Assembly (NCBI GenBank): GCA_963780935.1
Contig: CAWAEM010000004.1
Coordinates: 816,402-880,401, forward strand
DNA from: an uncultured Acidobacteriota bacterium
Lineage (GTDB): Bacteria; Acidobacteriota; Terriglobia; Acidiferrales; UBA7541
Direction: 5' to 3'
Length of the DNA stretch: 64,000 nt
Positions within the stretch are counted from its first letter, which is position 1; each line of letters begins with the position of its first letter. Shown here in pieces: positions 11,053 to 19,652 of the stretch. The notes under the pieces are model-generated. The model was not told where the DNA came from, searched no databases, and saw nothing but the letters and a program-made list of their open reading frames with translations. The translations under genes and the position numbers were made by a program.

Positions 11053-11621
11053 GCTGCACCTCCTTGCATCACCGCACGCAGGGCTTCCAACCCGCGGTAC
11101 AGGCGCGTTTTCACCGTGGAAACTGGCAAGTTCATCACTTTCGCGATTTCATCGATTTGCAACTCTTCATGAAAACGCAGCACGACCACTTCGCGGTAAA
11201 TGATGGCGATCTGTTCGAGGGAAGCTCGTATCTGCGAATCCTGCTGCCCACTCATCGCCAAATGCAGCGGCGAGGGATTATGCGTATCGGCAAACTGTAA
11301 CGGCTGCTCCTGCGCAGGATCCGTCAGGGTATCGAGGCTTTGCATTTTCTTTTGCCGCTGCCAATCAATCACCAAATTCCGCGCAATGGTAAACAACCAC
11401 GATTCAAATTTCGATTTGCCATCATATTGATGTCCGCGCTCCAGCACCCGGATCCACGTTTCCTGGAAAAAATCTTCCGCCCGTTCGCGATGCGACGCGA
11501 GATAAAGCAGGTAACGAAACAATCGAAACTGGTACTGTTCGATGAGCTGATCGAGCAGTTCGGGATCCCGGCGCCGCAGCCCCTCCGCCAGCGCCCGCCT
11601 ATCCGTCGTATCAGTAGCCAT
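11049..11621 (-). CDS. ECF RNA polymerase sigma factor
   Basis: Region 2 (AEDFFQETWIRV, FESWLFTIARN) and region 4 (EIAKVMNLPVSTVKTRLYRG); start uncertain (11621, 11657 or 11729). Confidence 0.92.
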   Translation of the reverse strand: MATDTTDRRALAEGLRRRDPELLDQLIEQYQFRLFRYLLYLASHRERAEDFFQETWIRVLERGHQYDGKSKFESWLFTIARNLVIDWQRQKKMQSLDTLTDPAQEQPLQFADTHNPSPLHLAMSGQQDSQIRASLEQIAIIYREVVVLRFHEELQIDEIAKVMNLPVSTVKTRLYRGLEALRAVMQGGAA

Positions 11622-11831
11622 CAGCGCAGACGACAAGCTGATAGACCCAAACCACATCCGAGGTGACGGTAAGGTTTGCGTCGTTCCTGTCGTTACTAAT
11701 GTGCATGTCGCGCTCATTCTATCGAACAATACGAGCCAGCCCGCGAAAAAGACTCAAGCGCCTAAGCCTGGTGCGGCAGAGGATGCGGTTGACCGGCTTG
11801 GACAGAGTTCGTAGTAAGCTATTTGCGCTCT

Positions 11832-12518
11832 ATGATTTGCCCCCAGTGCAAAGCCGAATACCGCGAAGGCTTTACCTTATGCGCGGATTGCGAGGTTCCC
11901 CTCGTGGCCGAGCTTCCTGCGCTTGCTGCCGCTCCTCGAGGTAGATCCGATGGTGGTACCAGCGAACCGCAGGATCCGGCACTCTCTGAAGACCCTTTTT
12001 GCGCATTTTGGCAGGGCGAAGACGCGCGTATTCACGCCGAACTTTGCGCCGTATTAGAAGAAGCTGGCATTCCTTATAAAACCGTTCGGCGGGAAGACTA
12101 TCTTTTCCGGTTGAGCGCCACAAGTGCGTTAAAGATCGGTGTCCCCTTCTCCCTTTACGGAAAGGCCGAAGCCGCCGTGAAAGAGGCATTCGGCAGCGAT
12201 GAGGAAGCTTCGCCAGCCATTCCGTTGTTGGGAGCTCCTGAACCTGAGATTTCCCATTCAGAAATTCAGAAGAGTGAACTCCGGTCTCGCGCGGGTTTTG
12301 ATCCGCGACAATTTTTTCCAGAAGACGCGGTCAGGGAAGTTTATTCGGGGAAAGAATTTCTTACCGCCGAGTTCTTGGTGCAATCTTTCGAGGCCAATGA
12401 GATTCACTGCAGATGGGAAAAAGAATCCGAGCGCCAGAGACTTTTCGTGTTGGAACAAGACGCCGATCGCGCCCGGGAGATTGTCCGCGAAGTTACGGAG
12501 GCCACTCCCCCCGCATAG
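11832..12518 (+). CDS. Zinc-ribbon plus tandem DUF2007-like signalling protein
   Basis: MICPQCKAEYREGFTLCADCEVPL N-terminus; two segments resembling DUF2007 (ELCAVLEEAGIPY; FLVQSFEANEIHC). Confidence 0.7.
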   Translation: MICPQCKAEYREGFTLCADCEVPLVAELPALAAAPRGRSDGGTSEPQDPALSEDPFCAFWQGEDARIHAELCAVLEEAGIPYKTVRREDYLFRLSATSALKIGVPFSLYGKAEAAVKEAFGSDEEASPAIPLLGAPEPEISHSEIQKSELRSRAGFDPRQFFPEDAVREVYSGKEFLTAEFLVQSFEANEIHCRWEKESERQRLFVLEQDADRAREIVREVTEATPPA

Positions 12519-12669
12519 AGCTGCGCCGCCCGAAATCATCAACTGAGCCGGTACCGCATAGTTACAGGTGAGCGCTTGTTCTTTAACTCCCGCTTCGACA
12601 GCTTTATCCCGCTTGACCGCACGGCGCCCCTCCGCGCATGCTCTAGGGCCGAGCTTGGAGAACTCTCGC

Positions 12670-13530
12670 ATGGATTTCGCGAACATCAAAACTGTCGCGG
12701 TTCTTGGCGCAGGCACGATGGGCAACGGCATCGCCCACGTTTTCGCTCGCGCTGGCTACAGCGTGATTCTGCGCGACCTCGAGCAGCGCTTCCTCGAACG
12801 CGGCCTCGAATCCGTCGCCAAAAATCTTGATCGCGAAATTAAAAAGGGCAAGCTTGCAGAAACTGAGCGCGCGGCAGTCCTCTCGCGGATTTCCCTGGCC
12901 ACCGAAATGTCCGCCATCGCCAACGCTCAATTCGTCGTCGAAGCGGTCCCCGAAAAAATCGATATCAAGCGCAGCGTGCTCACGGAGGCCGACGCGATCC
13001 TCGACCAAGACGCCATCATCGCCAGCAATACCTCCTCGATCGCCATGACCACTCTGGCCGCCATGACTAAACGGCCCGACCGCTTCGTCGGCATGCACTT
13101 CATGAATCCCGTTCCTGTGATAACGCTGGTCGAAGTAATTCGCGCCCTGCAAACCAGCGATGCCACGTTCGCCATCACCATGAGCCTCGCCGAAAAGCTT
13201 GGCAAAAAGCCAGTCGCGGTCAACGATGCCCCGGGCTTCGTCTCGAATCGCGTGCTCATGCCGCTCATCAACGAAGCCGCCTACTGCGTCCTCGAGGGCG
13301 TGGCCACCGCCGAAGCCGTCGACGCCGTGATGAAAACCGGCATGAATCACCCCATGGGTCCACTGGAATTGGCCGATTTCATCGGCCTCGACGTCTGCGC
13401 AGATATCATGCACGTCCTGCAGGAAGGACTTGGCGATCCTAAGTATCGCGTCTGCCCGCTTTTGAAGAAATATGTAGCCGCGGGCTGGCTGGGCCGCAAA
13501 TCAGGCCGGGGATTCTATACTTACAGTTGA
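12670..13530 (+). CDS. hbd: 3-hydroxybutyryl-CoA dehydrogenase
   Basis: [10 protein letters not shown] Rossmann motif, VEAVPE, SNTSS, GMHFMNP, NHPMGPL. Confidence 0.92.
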   Translation: MDFANIKTVAVLGAGTMGNGIAHVFARAGYSVILRDLEQRFLERGLESVAKNLDREIKKGKLAETERAAVLSRISLATEMSAIANAQFVVEAVPEKIDIKRSVLTEADAILDQDAIIASNTSSIAMTTLAAMTKRPDRFVGMHFMNPVPVITLVEVIRALQTSDATFAITMSLAEKLGKKPVAVNDAPGFVSNRVLMPLINEAAYCVLEGVATAEAVDAVMKTGMNHPMGPLELADFIGLDVCADIMHVLQEGLGDPKYRVCPLLKKYVAAGWLGRKSGRGFYTYS

Positions 13531-13590
13531 AAAGCTGTGCAAAACGATTTCCAACCAGATTTCAAGTGCCGCAGAATGAATCGTTTGCCA

Positions 13591-13633
13591 AGGCGAAACT
13601 TAAGCGAAAATACTATTTGCTTTTTATTCGCCT
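13591..13633. promoter_or_regulatory. Quasi-palindromic operator of two inverted NTTC-N7-NTTC boxes (LexA-like)
   Basis: AGGCGAAACTTAAGCGAAAA-tac-TATTTGCTTTTTATTCGCCT; each arm has TT(C/T)GC at 11-bp period; TACTAT (-10-like) at the centre. Confidence 0.55.
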
Positions 13634-13673
13634 ATCTGCTACTTTCACCCTCGCGGTTTTCAACAGGTGCCCC

Positions 13674-13877
13674 ATGCAGCATTCTTCGGCCTTTGGTTTA
13701 AGCTGTCTCGAGCGGGATCGCCTCGCCGACGAACTCGGCGAAGCCCAAACGCGCGGGCGCAACTTGACCCGCTTGCGCAAGCTTACTCTCGCCGAGCGGG
13801 TTTCCCTTGAACAGCGGGAAAACCTGGCGCAAGCCCGGCTGAGAAATCATGTGGCGGAGCACGGTTGCCAATCGTGA
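13674..13877 (+). CDS. Small hypothetical protein (67 aa) upstream of recA
   Basis: ATG 13674; helical-looking sequence bracketed by CLERDRL and HVAEHGC; fills the hbd-recA gap. Confidence 0.5.
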   Translation: MQHSSAFGLSCLERDRLADELGEAQTRGRNLTRLRKLTLAERVSLEQRENLAQARLRNHVAEHGCQS

Positions 13878-14050
13878 AGTTGGCTTCGGTAAAAGTCGGA
13901 TGCGTTTCTGTGAGCTGCGTGGTAAGCCGCTCGCACGGTAACGCCTCCGCAACAGGCTTTACGCTGTCCCGGCGCAAAAGCTTGATCGAGATGTAAAGGC
14001 TGCCGCGCCTTCCCTGGCCCGGCGCCTACTTTCCTCCACCGAGGTGTGAA

Positions 14051-15190
14051 ATGGCAGATGACAAAGCAAAGCTTCTCGAAGCAGCGATTTCTCAGATTGA
14101 AAAGTCCTACGGCAAGGGTTCCATCATGCGTCTGGGCAGCCGCGATGTACTCGTTCCCGTCAGCGTAATTCCCAGCGGCTGCCTCTCCATTGACGCCGCT
14201 CTCGGCGTCGGCGGCTTTCCGCGCGGCCGTGTGATCGAAATCTACGGCCCGGAATCCGGCGGCAAAACCACCATGACCCTCCACGTCATCGCGGAAGCGC
14301 AACGCCTAGGGGGCCAAGCCGCTTTCATCGATGCCGAACACGCTCTCGATCCCATCTACGCCCGCAAACTTGGCGTCGATGTTGACAACTTGCTTGTCTC
14401 GCAGCCGGATAACGGCGAACAAGCTCTCGAAATCGCCGAAACCTTAATTCGCTCCGGTGGCGTCGATGTCGTCGTCGTCGACTCCGTCGCTGCGTTGGTC
14501 CCCAAAGCCGAACTCGAAGGCGACATGGGCGATCCGCAAATGGGCTTGCAAGCGCGTCTGATGTCTCAGGCCTTGCGCAAACTCACCGCCATCGTCTCGA
14601 AGTCCAACACCTGCCTGATCTTCATCAACCAGATCCGCGAAAAAATCGGCGTCATGTTCGGCAACCCGGAAACCACCACCGGCGGCCGCGCCCTAAAATT
14701 CTATGCCTCCATGCGCGTGGACATTCGCCGCATTCAGGCCATTAAGGAAGGCGACAAAGTAGTAGGCTCGCGCACGCGCGCCAAAGTCGTCAAAAACAAA
14801 GTCGCTGCGCCTTTCCGCGAAGCCGAATTCGACATCATCTACGGTGAAGGCATCTCTCGCGAAGGCGACCTGATTGACTTGGGCGTCGATAAAGGCATTC
14901 TTGAAAAGAGCGGCACGTGGATCAGCTTCGGCGCGGATCGCCTGGGCCAAGGCCGCGAAAACGCCCGCGTCTTCCTCAAGGAAAATCGCGACATTCGCAA
15001 CCGTCTGGAAGCTGCTCTGCGCAAAAAACTCGAACTCCGCTCCCCCAATAATTCCGATGGCACGCCCGCCACGCCCGTCAACGGCCACGCCGACAAAGCC
15101 AGCGCCGCCGCGGCGGGCGCGACTGGCGCAACGGCGTCCGCTGCTGGCGGCGCCAACGCTGCCAAAGGCCGGCCACTACCAGCGCGCTAA
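14051..15190 (+). CDS. recA: Recombinase RecA
   Basis: [64 protein letters not shown]. Confidence 0.99.
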   Translation: MADDKAKLLEAAISQIEKSYGKGSIMRLGSRDVLVPVSVIPSGCLSIDAALGVGGFPRGRVIEIYGPESGGKTTMTLHVIAEAQRLGGQAAFIDAEHALDPIYARKLGVDVDNLLVSQPDNGEQALEIAETLIRSGGVDVVVVDSVAALVPKAELEGDMGDPQMGLQARLMSQALRKLTAIVSKSNTCLIFINQIREKIGVMFGNPETTTGGRALKFYASMRVDIRRIQAIKEGDKVVGSRTRAKVVKNKVAAPFREAEFDIIYGEGISREGDLIDLGVDKGILEKSGTWISFGADRLGQGRENARVFLKENRDIRNRLEAALRKKLELRSPNNSDGTPATPVNGHADKASAAAAGATGATASAAGGANAAKGRPLPAR

Positions 15191-15223
15191 AATTTGTGCG
15201 CGCGGTTGGCCCCAAAACGACTC

Positions 15224-15260
15224 AGCGGCGGATCGCTTGTTCAAAGCGACCGCCGCTTTT
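15224..15260 (+). terminator. Rho-independent terminator after recA
   Basis: AGCGGCGGATCGCTT..AAGCGACCGCCGCT hairpin with one bulge, ending in a short T-run. Confidence 0.7.
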
Positions 15261-15283
15261 CCCTCTAGCGTCGCATCTCGAGA

Positions 15284-15799
15284 TCAGCCAATCCTGCCTT
15301 CGTCCGCGCTCGGCCCGTAAATCGAGGGCACCGGCACATCGAGCAGCCGCAAATAAACGGAGAGTTGCCCGCGGTGATGCACTACGTGATTCAGGAACAT
15401 CGTCCGTACCGCCATCGCTCGTGGCATCGAAAATATCGTATTCCCGGCCATGCTTAGCGTCCAGACTTTAGCTAGATGTTCGTCCGTCGCTCCGGCGATC
15501 ACTTCGCGCGCTTCCGCGACTTTCTCATCAAAAAGTTGCAGCACGTGCTTTCGCGACTCCGCGATGGTCGGCTTTCGCGGCGGCTCCCCGTCTTTTGGCG
15601 CAAAATCCAGGGCATCGAGCTGGATCATGCTGAGCGAAAATCTTGGCAACTCCGCAATGTGTCCTGCCAGCCGCCCCAGCGTCATCGACTTTTCGTGCGG
15701 CTTCCAGCCAAGTTTATCTTCCGGAATGCGCTCCAGAACGGTTCGCGTCACTTTCATCTCGTGGTCGTATTCAGGTATCAGAGATCTTCCGATGCTCAT
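15284..15799 (-). CDS. DinB/YfiT-family protein (paralog 2)
   Basis: WKPHEKSMTLGRLAGH...NHVVHHRGQL...IYGPSADE; clearly similar to 7261-7752. Confidence 0.85.
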   Translation of the reverse strand: MSIGRSLIPEYDHEMKVTRTVLERIPEDKLGWKPHEKSMTLGRLAGHIAELPRFSLSMIQLDALDFAPKDGEPPRKPTIAESRKHVLQLFDEKVAEAREVIAGATDEHLAKVWTLSMAGNTIFSMPRAMAVRTMFLNHVVHHRGQLSVYLRLLDVPVPSIYGPSADEGRIG

Positions 15800-15914
15800 A
15801 TCCGACTCCTTAAACTTGCCAAAGAGTGTAACGCATTCACCGTGCCGCGAAAGCTGCCTTCACACAAGCCCGCCTGGCCTTCCGACACACATCCGCGAGG
15901 AGTACAATTCGCAG

Positions 15915-16463
15915 ATGCCCCACGAACTCACAAATTCCTATATCGAGGACTGCACCGTGCTCTTTCGCTATTACAAGAAAATGGCCGAAAAAGCGCTGGC
16001 CCAATGCCCTGACGACGCTCTCGTCGCCACCCTCGACAAGGAATCAAACTCCATCGCCATCATCGTTAAACATCTCTCCGGCAACATGCGCTCTCGTTGG
16101 ACCAATTTTCTCACGACTGACGGCGAAAAACCCGATCGCGATCGCGACAGCGAATTCGAAGAAGCGCCTAAAACGCGCGCGCAACTTCTGGCTGCTTGGG
16201 ATTCTGGGTGGACGGTTTTGCTCGACGCTCTCGATTCCCTCAACGATGACGACCTGACCAAAATCGTAACCATCCGCAACGAGCCGCATTCAGTAATGCA
16301 AGCCATCAACCGCCAAATGGCGCACTACGCTTCGCATCTGGGGCAAATCGTTTTTCTAGCCAAGCACTTTGCCGGCCAAAACTGGCAATCCTTAACCGTG
16401 CCCCGCAAAGCCTCTCAACAATTCACCGCGGACGTGGCCGCCGGAAAGAAATCGCAACGTTAA
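15915..16463 (+). CDS. DUF1572-like (DinB superfamily) protein
   Basis: SNSIAIIVKHLSGNMRSRWTNFLTTDGEKPDRDRDSEF...HYASHLGQIVFLAK; start at ATG 15915 (the longer track ORF is antisense to the dinB gene). Confidence 0.8.
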   Translation: MPHELTNSYIEDCTVLFRYYKKMAEKALAQCPDDALVATLDKESNSIAIIVKHLSGNMRSRWTNFLTTDGEKPDRDRDSEFEEAPKTRAQLLAAWDSGWTVLLDALDSLNDDDLTKIVTIRNEPHSVMQAINRQMAHYASHLGQIVFLAKHFAGQNWQSLTVPRKASQQFTADVAAGKKSQR

Positions 16464-16555
16464 CCATCGCAGCACCGCCAATTTCGCAACGCGCTACGGC
16501 TAACTCGCGCTTGCACCTACGCTATGGATCCCTCTTCGCCATCCGGTAATCCAAA

Positions 16556-19534
16556 ATGAAACCCATGGGCCCAACGCTGTTCGATATCGCCCCGCTCGAA
16601 AGCGGCCTGCAATTAAACGACGCACAACGTCGCGCCATCACCCACGGCGCCGGTCCGTTGCTGGTCATCGCTGGTGCCGGCACCGGCAAAACCCGCGTAA
16701 TCACCGAACGCATCCGTTATCTTCTCGAATCCGACGCCACCCTGCACGGCGAAAACATCCTCGCGCTAACCTTCACCAACAAAGCCGCCGGCGAAATGCG
16801 TTCCCGCGTGATGAACTCCATCGGTGAACGCGCCCGTGGCGTGACCATCGAAACCTTTCATTCGTTCTGCCAGAGCCTCCTCAAAACAATCGTGCCCGAC
16901 CGCCTCATCCTGGAAAAAGTCGACCACTGGATTCTCCTGCGCCGCAATATGCGCCGCCTTAAACTTGAGAAATACCGCAAACTTGCCGAACCCGGGCAAT
17001 TCCTCAATGATTTCCTGCAATTTTTCTCTCGCTGTCAGGACGAATTGGTCTCCAGCGCGGAGTACGCGCGGTACGCTGAAACCGAAGCGCGGAAACTTGA
17101 GATGGAAAAAAGTGTGTTGGACGACGCCACCTACCAGGAACGTCTCGAAGAGGTCGGCAAACAACAGGAAATCGCCCGCGCCTACCGAGCCAGCGAAGAA
17201 TTGCTGCGCGAAAAAAATGCCGTCGCCATCAACGGCTTGATCACCGATGCCGTGGCGTTGCTTGAAAACGATTCTGTGAAGCGCACCATGCTGCAAAACC
17301 GCTTCAAACACATCCTCGTCGACGAATTTCAAGATACCAACATCGCGCAGCTCCGCTTGCTCGAACTGCTTTCCGCCGAACCGCGCAACATCGTCGTCGT
17401 TGGCGACAACGATCAGGCCATCTATCGCTTTCGCGGCGCCTCCTTCGGCAGCTTCAAAATGTTTCTTGAACGCTTCGCCGGATGGCGCCAAGGCCAGGAT
17501 TCCTCTCCGTTCCGCGTCGCGCTAACCGAGAACTATCGCTCTACGCCAAATATTCTCCGCGTGGCGCAGCAAGTCATCGCGCAAAATGAAGTCAGCGCCG
17601 ATTTTCCAAACAAAATTCTTTCCCCCAACAAATCGGAAGGCCAGCGCATCCGCATCGCCGAACTCGCTGAGAAACGCAGCGAAGCCGTATGGGTCGCCAG
17701 TGAACTCGAACGCATTCGCAAAGCGGGCCGCCGCTGGAAGGATCTGGCCGTCCTTTACCGCCAGCACGCGCACCGCGACGAACTCGTCGAGGAACTGTCG
17801 CGCCGCAAAATTCCGTTCGTTATCAGCAAACTATCAATCCTGGTTCACCCCTTGGTCCGCGACGTTCTCGCGTATCTGCGCCTCATCGCCAAACCATACG
17901 ACGATGTGGCGTGCGCCCGGGTTCTCGCCATGCCCGCGTGGCAGCTGCAGCCTGAGGACTTGCTTCGCCTCACCGAACGCGCCAAAAAAGAACGCAAACC
18001 CGTGTACGATATTTTGCAATCGCCCCAGGCTCAGCTGCCTTTCGCGCCTTCCGCGGGCCTAACCGATGAGTTGGTCAAGTTTCTTCTGTCCCAGCGCAAA
18101 TCTCTCAAACGCCGTACCGCTCGCGAAATTCTTTCCGAACTAACGGATTGGCTGGAAATTCCGCAACGTGCAAATCAGCGCGACCGCCAAACGTTCGCGC
18201 GCCTCTCGGAATTCATGAAGGAGTGGGAACCCAAGAGCGAACGCCGCGACCTTCCAGAATTTCTCGAATATCTGGATTACTACCAGCAAGCCGGCGAGAG
18301 TATTTGCCTCGAAGAGGATGCCTCGGGTGACGCCGTACAACTCATGAGCGTGCATGGCGCAAAGGGCCTCGAATTCCCCCACGTCTTTCTATTGCGCGTG
18401 AACAGCCGCTCGTTTCCGCCAACCAAACGTTCCCCGCTTTTCGAATTCCCCACCGCTTTGATGAAGGAGGATCTTCCGGACGGCGATTTCCACGTTCAGG
18501 AAGAACGCCGCTTATTTTACGTCGCCATCACGCGGGCGGAAGATCGCTTGACCATCACCACTCTCACGGAGCGGAAAAACAAAGTCCCGCTATTCATCGA
18601 AGACATGCTGATGGACCCGGCGATGAAACGCCGCGATATCCTGCAGCTAGGCCCAAAGATTTCACCCGCACAACAACTCCCGGCAGCCTCCACGGAAGAG
18701 GCCGCCACCGGGCTCTTTCCCTCCACCATCACACCCGCTAAAATCTTCTCCCGCGTCGGCGCCTGGTCCGAATCTTTCCGCGCCACGATTCCGGAGCCAT
18801 TAACGCTAAGCCCTTCCTCGATCCAGATCTATCGGGTTTGTCCGGCGCAATATCTGTTTCAAAAGCTCTGGTCGCTAGACGGTGCTCCTAAAGCGACCCT
18901 CACGTTCGGCCGTGTGATGCACAGCACCATCAAGCGTCTCGTCGCCGAGTTTCGCAAGGGCCATCGCCTTTCTTTCGACGATGTGCAGCGCCTTTTCGAA
19001 ATCGAATGGTCCGAGCGTGGCTTCGAAGACGACTATCAACAAGAGGAATACCGCAAAGACGGCCTGGAACAGTTGCGCGCGTTGCACACCGCACTTCTTG
19101 AAGCTACTCCCGAAATTATGGAGCAGGAAAAAGCTTTCGAATTGCCCCTCGAAAACAACGTAATCATCACCGGACGTTTCGACCAAATCAATTCCCTCGA
19201 CGGCAACCGCGGCAAGGATATCGAGATCATCGACTACAAAACCGGCCGCCCGCGCAGCGATGCGGACGCGCGCAAGGACTTGCAACTAAGCATTTACGCG
19301 CTGGCCGCTAGGGAAATTTTTGAATGGAATCCCGTGCGTTTGGTGTTTCACTATTTGCAAAATAATCTTGTGCAGGTCACCACACGCGACAAAAAAGAAC
19401 TCGACGCCGCGGAAAAAATTGTCCAGGAAACAGCTGCCGACATCCGTGCCGGCTCATTCGCTCCGACCAGCGGATTCGCCTGCCGCGGTTGCGCCTACCG
19501 CATGATCTGTCCCGAGCACGAATCGCACACCTAG
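16556..19534 (+). CDS. UvrD/PcrA-type SF1A helicase fused to a C-terminal PD-(D/E)XK nuclease (AdnA/AddA-like)
   Basis: AGAGTGKT, DEFQD, GDNDQAIYRFRGA, ENYRS, SVHGAKGLEF, EERRLFYVAITRA; nuclease GRFDQI...IIDYKTG; Cys set CPAQY...CRGCAYRMIC. Confidence 0.9.
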   Translation: MKPMGPTLFDIAPLESGLQLNDAQRRAITHGAGPLLVIAGAGTGKTRVITERIRYLLESDATLHGENILALTFTNKAAGEMRSRVMNSIGERARGVTIETFHSFCQSLLKTIVPDRLILEKVDHWILLRRNMRRLKLEKYRKLAEPGQFLNDFLQFFSRCQDELVSSAEYARYAETEARKLEMEKSVLDDATYQERLEEVGKQQEIARAYRASEELLREKNAVAINGLITDAVALLENDSVKRTMLQNRFKHILVDEFQDTNIAQLRLLELLSAEPRNIVVVGDNDQAIYRFRGASFGSFKMFLERFAGWRQGQDSSPFRVALTENYRSTPNILRVAQQVIAQNEVSADFPNKILSPNKSEGQRIRIAELAEKRSEAVWVASELERIRKAGRRWKDLAVLYRQHAHRDELVEELSRRKIPFVISKLSILVHPLVRDVLAYLRLIAKPYDDVACARVLAMPAWQLQPEDLLRLTERAKKERKPVYDILQSPQAQLPFAPSAGLTDELVKFLLSQRKSLKRRTAREILSELTDWLEIPQRANQRDRQTFARLSEFMKEWEPKSERRDLPEFLEYLDYYQQAGESICLEEDASGDAVQLMSVHGAKGLEFPHVFLLRVNSRSFPPTKRSPLFEFPTALMKEDLPDGDFHVQEERRLFYVAITRAEDRLTITTLTERKNKVPLFIEDMLMDPAMKRRDILQLGPKISPAQQLPAASTEEAATGLFPSTITPAKIFSRVGAWSESFRATIPEPLTLSPSSIQIYRVCPAQYLFQKLWSLDGAPKATLTFGRVMHSTIKRLVAEFRKGHRLSFDDVQRLFEIEWSERGFEDDYQQEEYRKDGLEQLRALHTALLEATPEIMEQEKAFELPLENNVIITGRFDQINSLDGNRGKDIEIIDYKTGRPRSDADARKDLQLSIYALAAREIFEWNPVRLVFHYLQNNLVQVTTRDKKELDAAEKIVQETAADIRAGSFAPTSGFACRGCAYRMICPEHESHT

Positions 19535-19553
19535 TGGTGGGATCCCGCAATTT

Positions 19554-19612
19554 GCCGTTCCGAGCGAAGCGAAGTTCTCTTCGTCCTCGCGCGGCGCGAG
19601 GAATCCGCTTTC
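19554..19612. repeat. REP-like palindromic element between convergent genes
   Basis: TTCCGAGCGAAGCGA...GGAATCC frame containing hairpins CGAAG/CTTCG (19570-19583) and TCCTCGCG/CGCGAGGA (19584-19602); only one copy seen in the window. Confidence 0.5.
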
Positions 19613-19652
19613 CCCTGGGCAATCGCGAAGCGCGCTGAACTTTGCCTCACAA

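Noticed and set aside
11665-11689. Possible autoregulatory ECF promoter GGAAC...CGTC on the minus strand
   Set aside because: The spacer is 14 nt, shorter than the usual 16-17; not enough support
15450-15914. N-terminal extension of the DUF1572-like ORF
   Set aside because: Antisense to the dinB paralog and not protein-like
18800-19534. Cas4-like nuclease as a sign of CRISPR
   Set aside because: It is the C-terminal domain of a helicase; no array or other cas genes in the window
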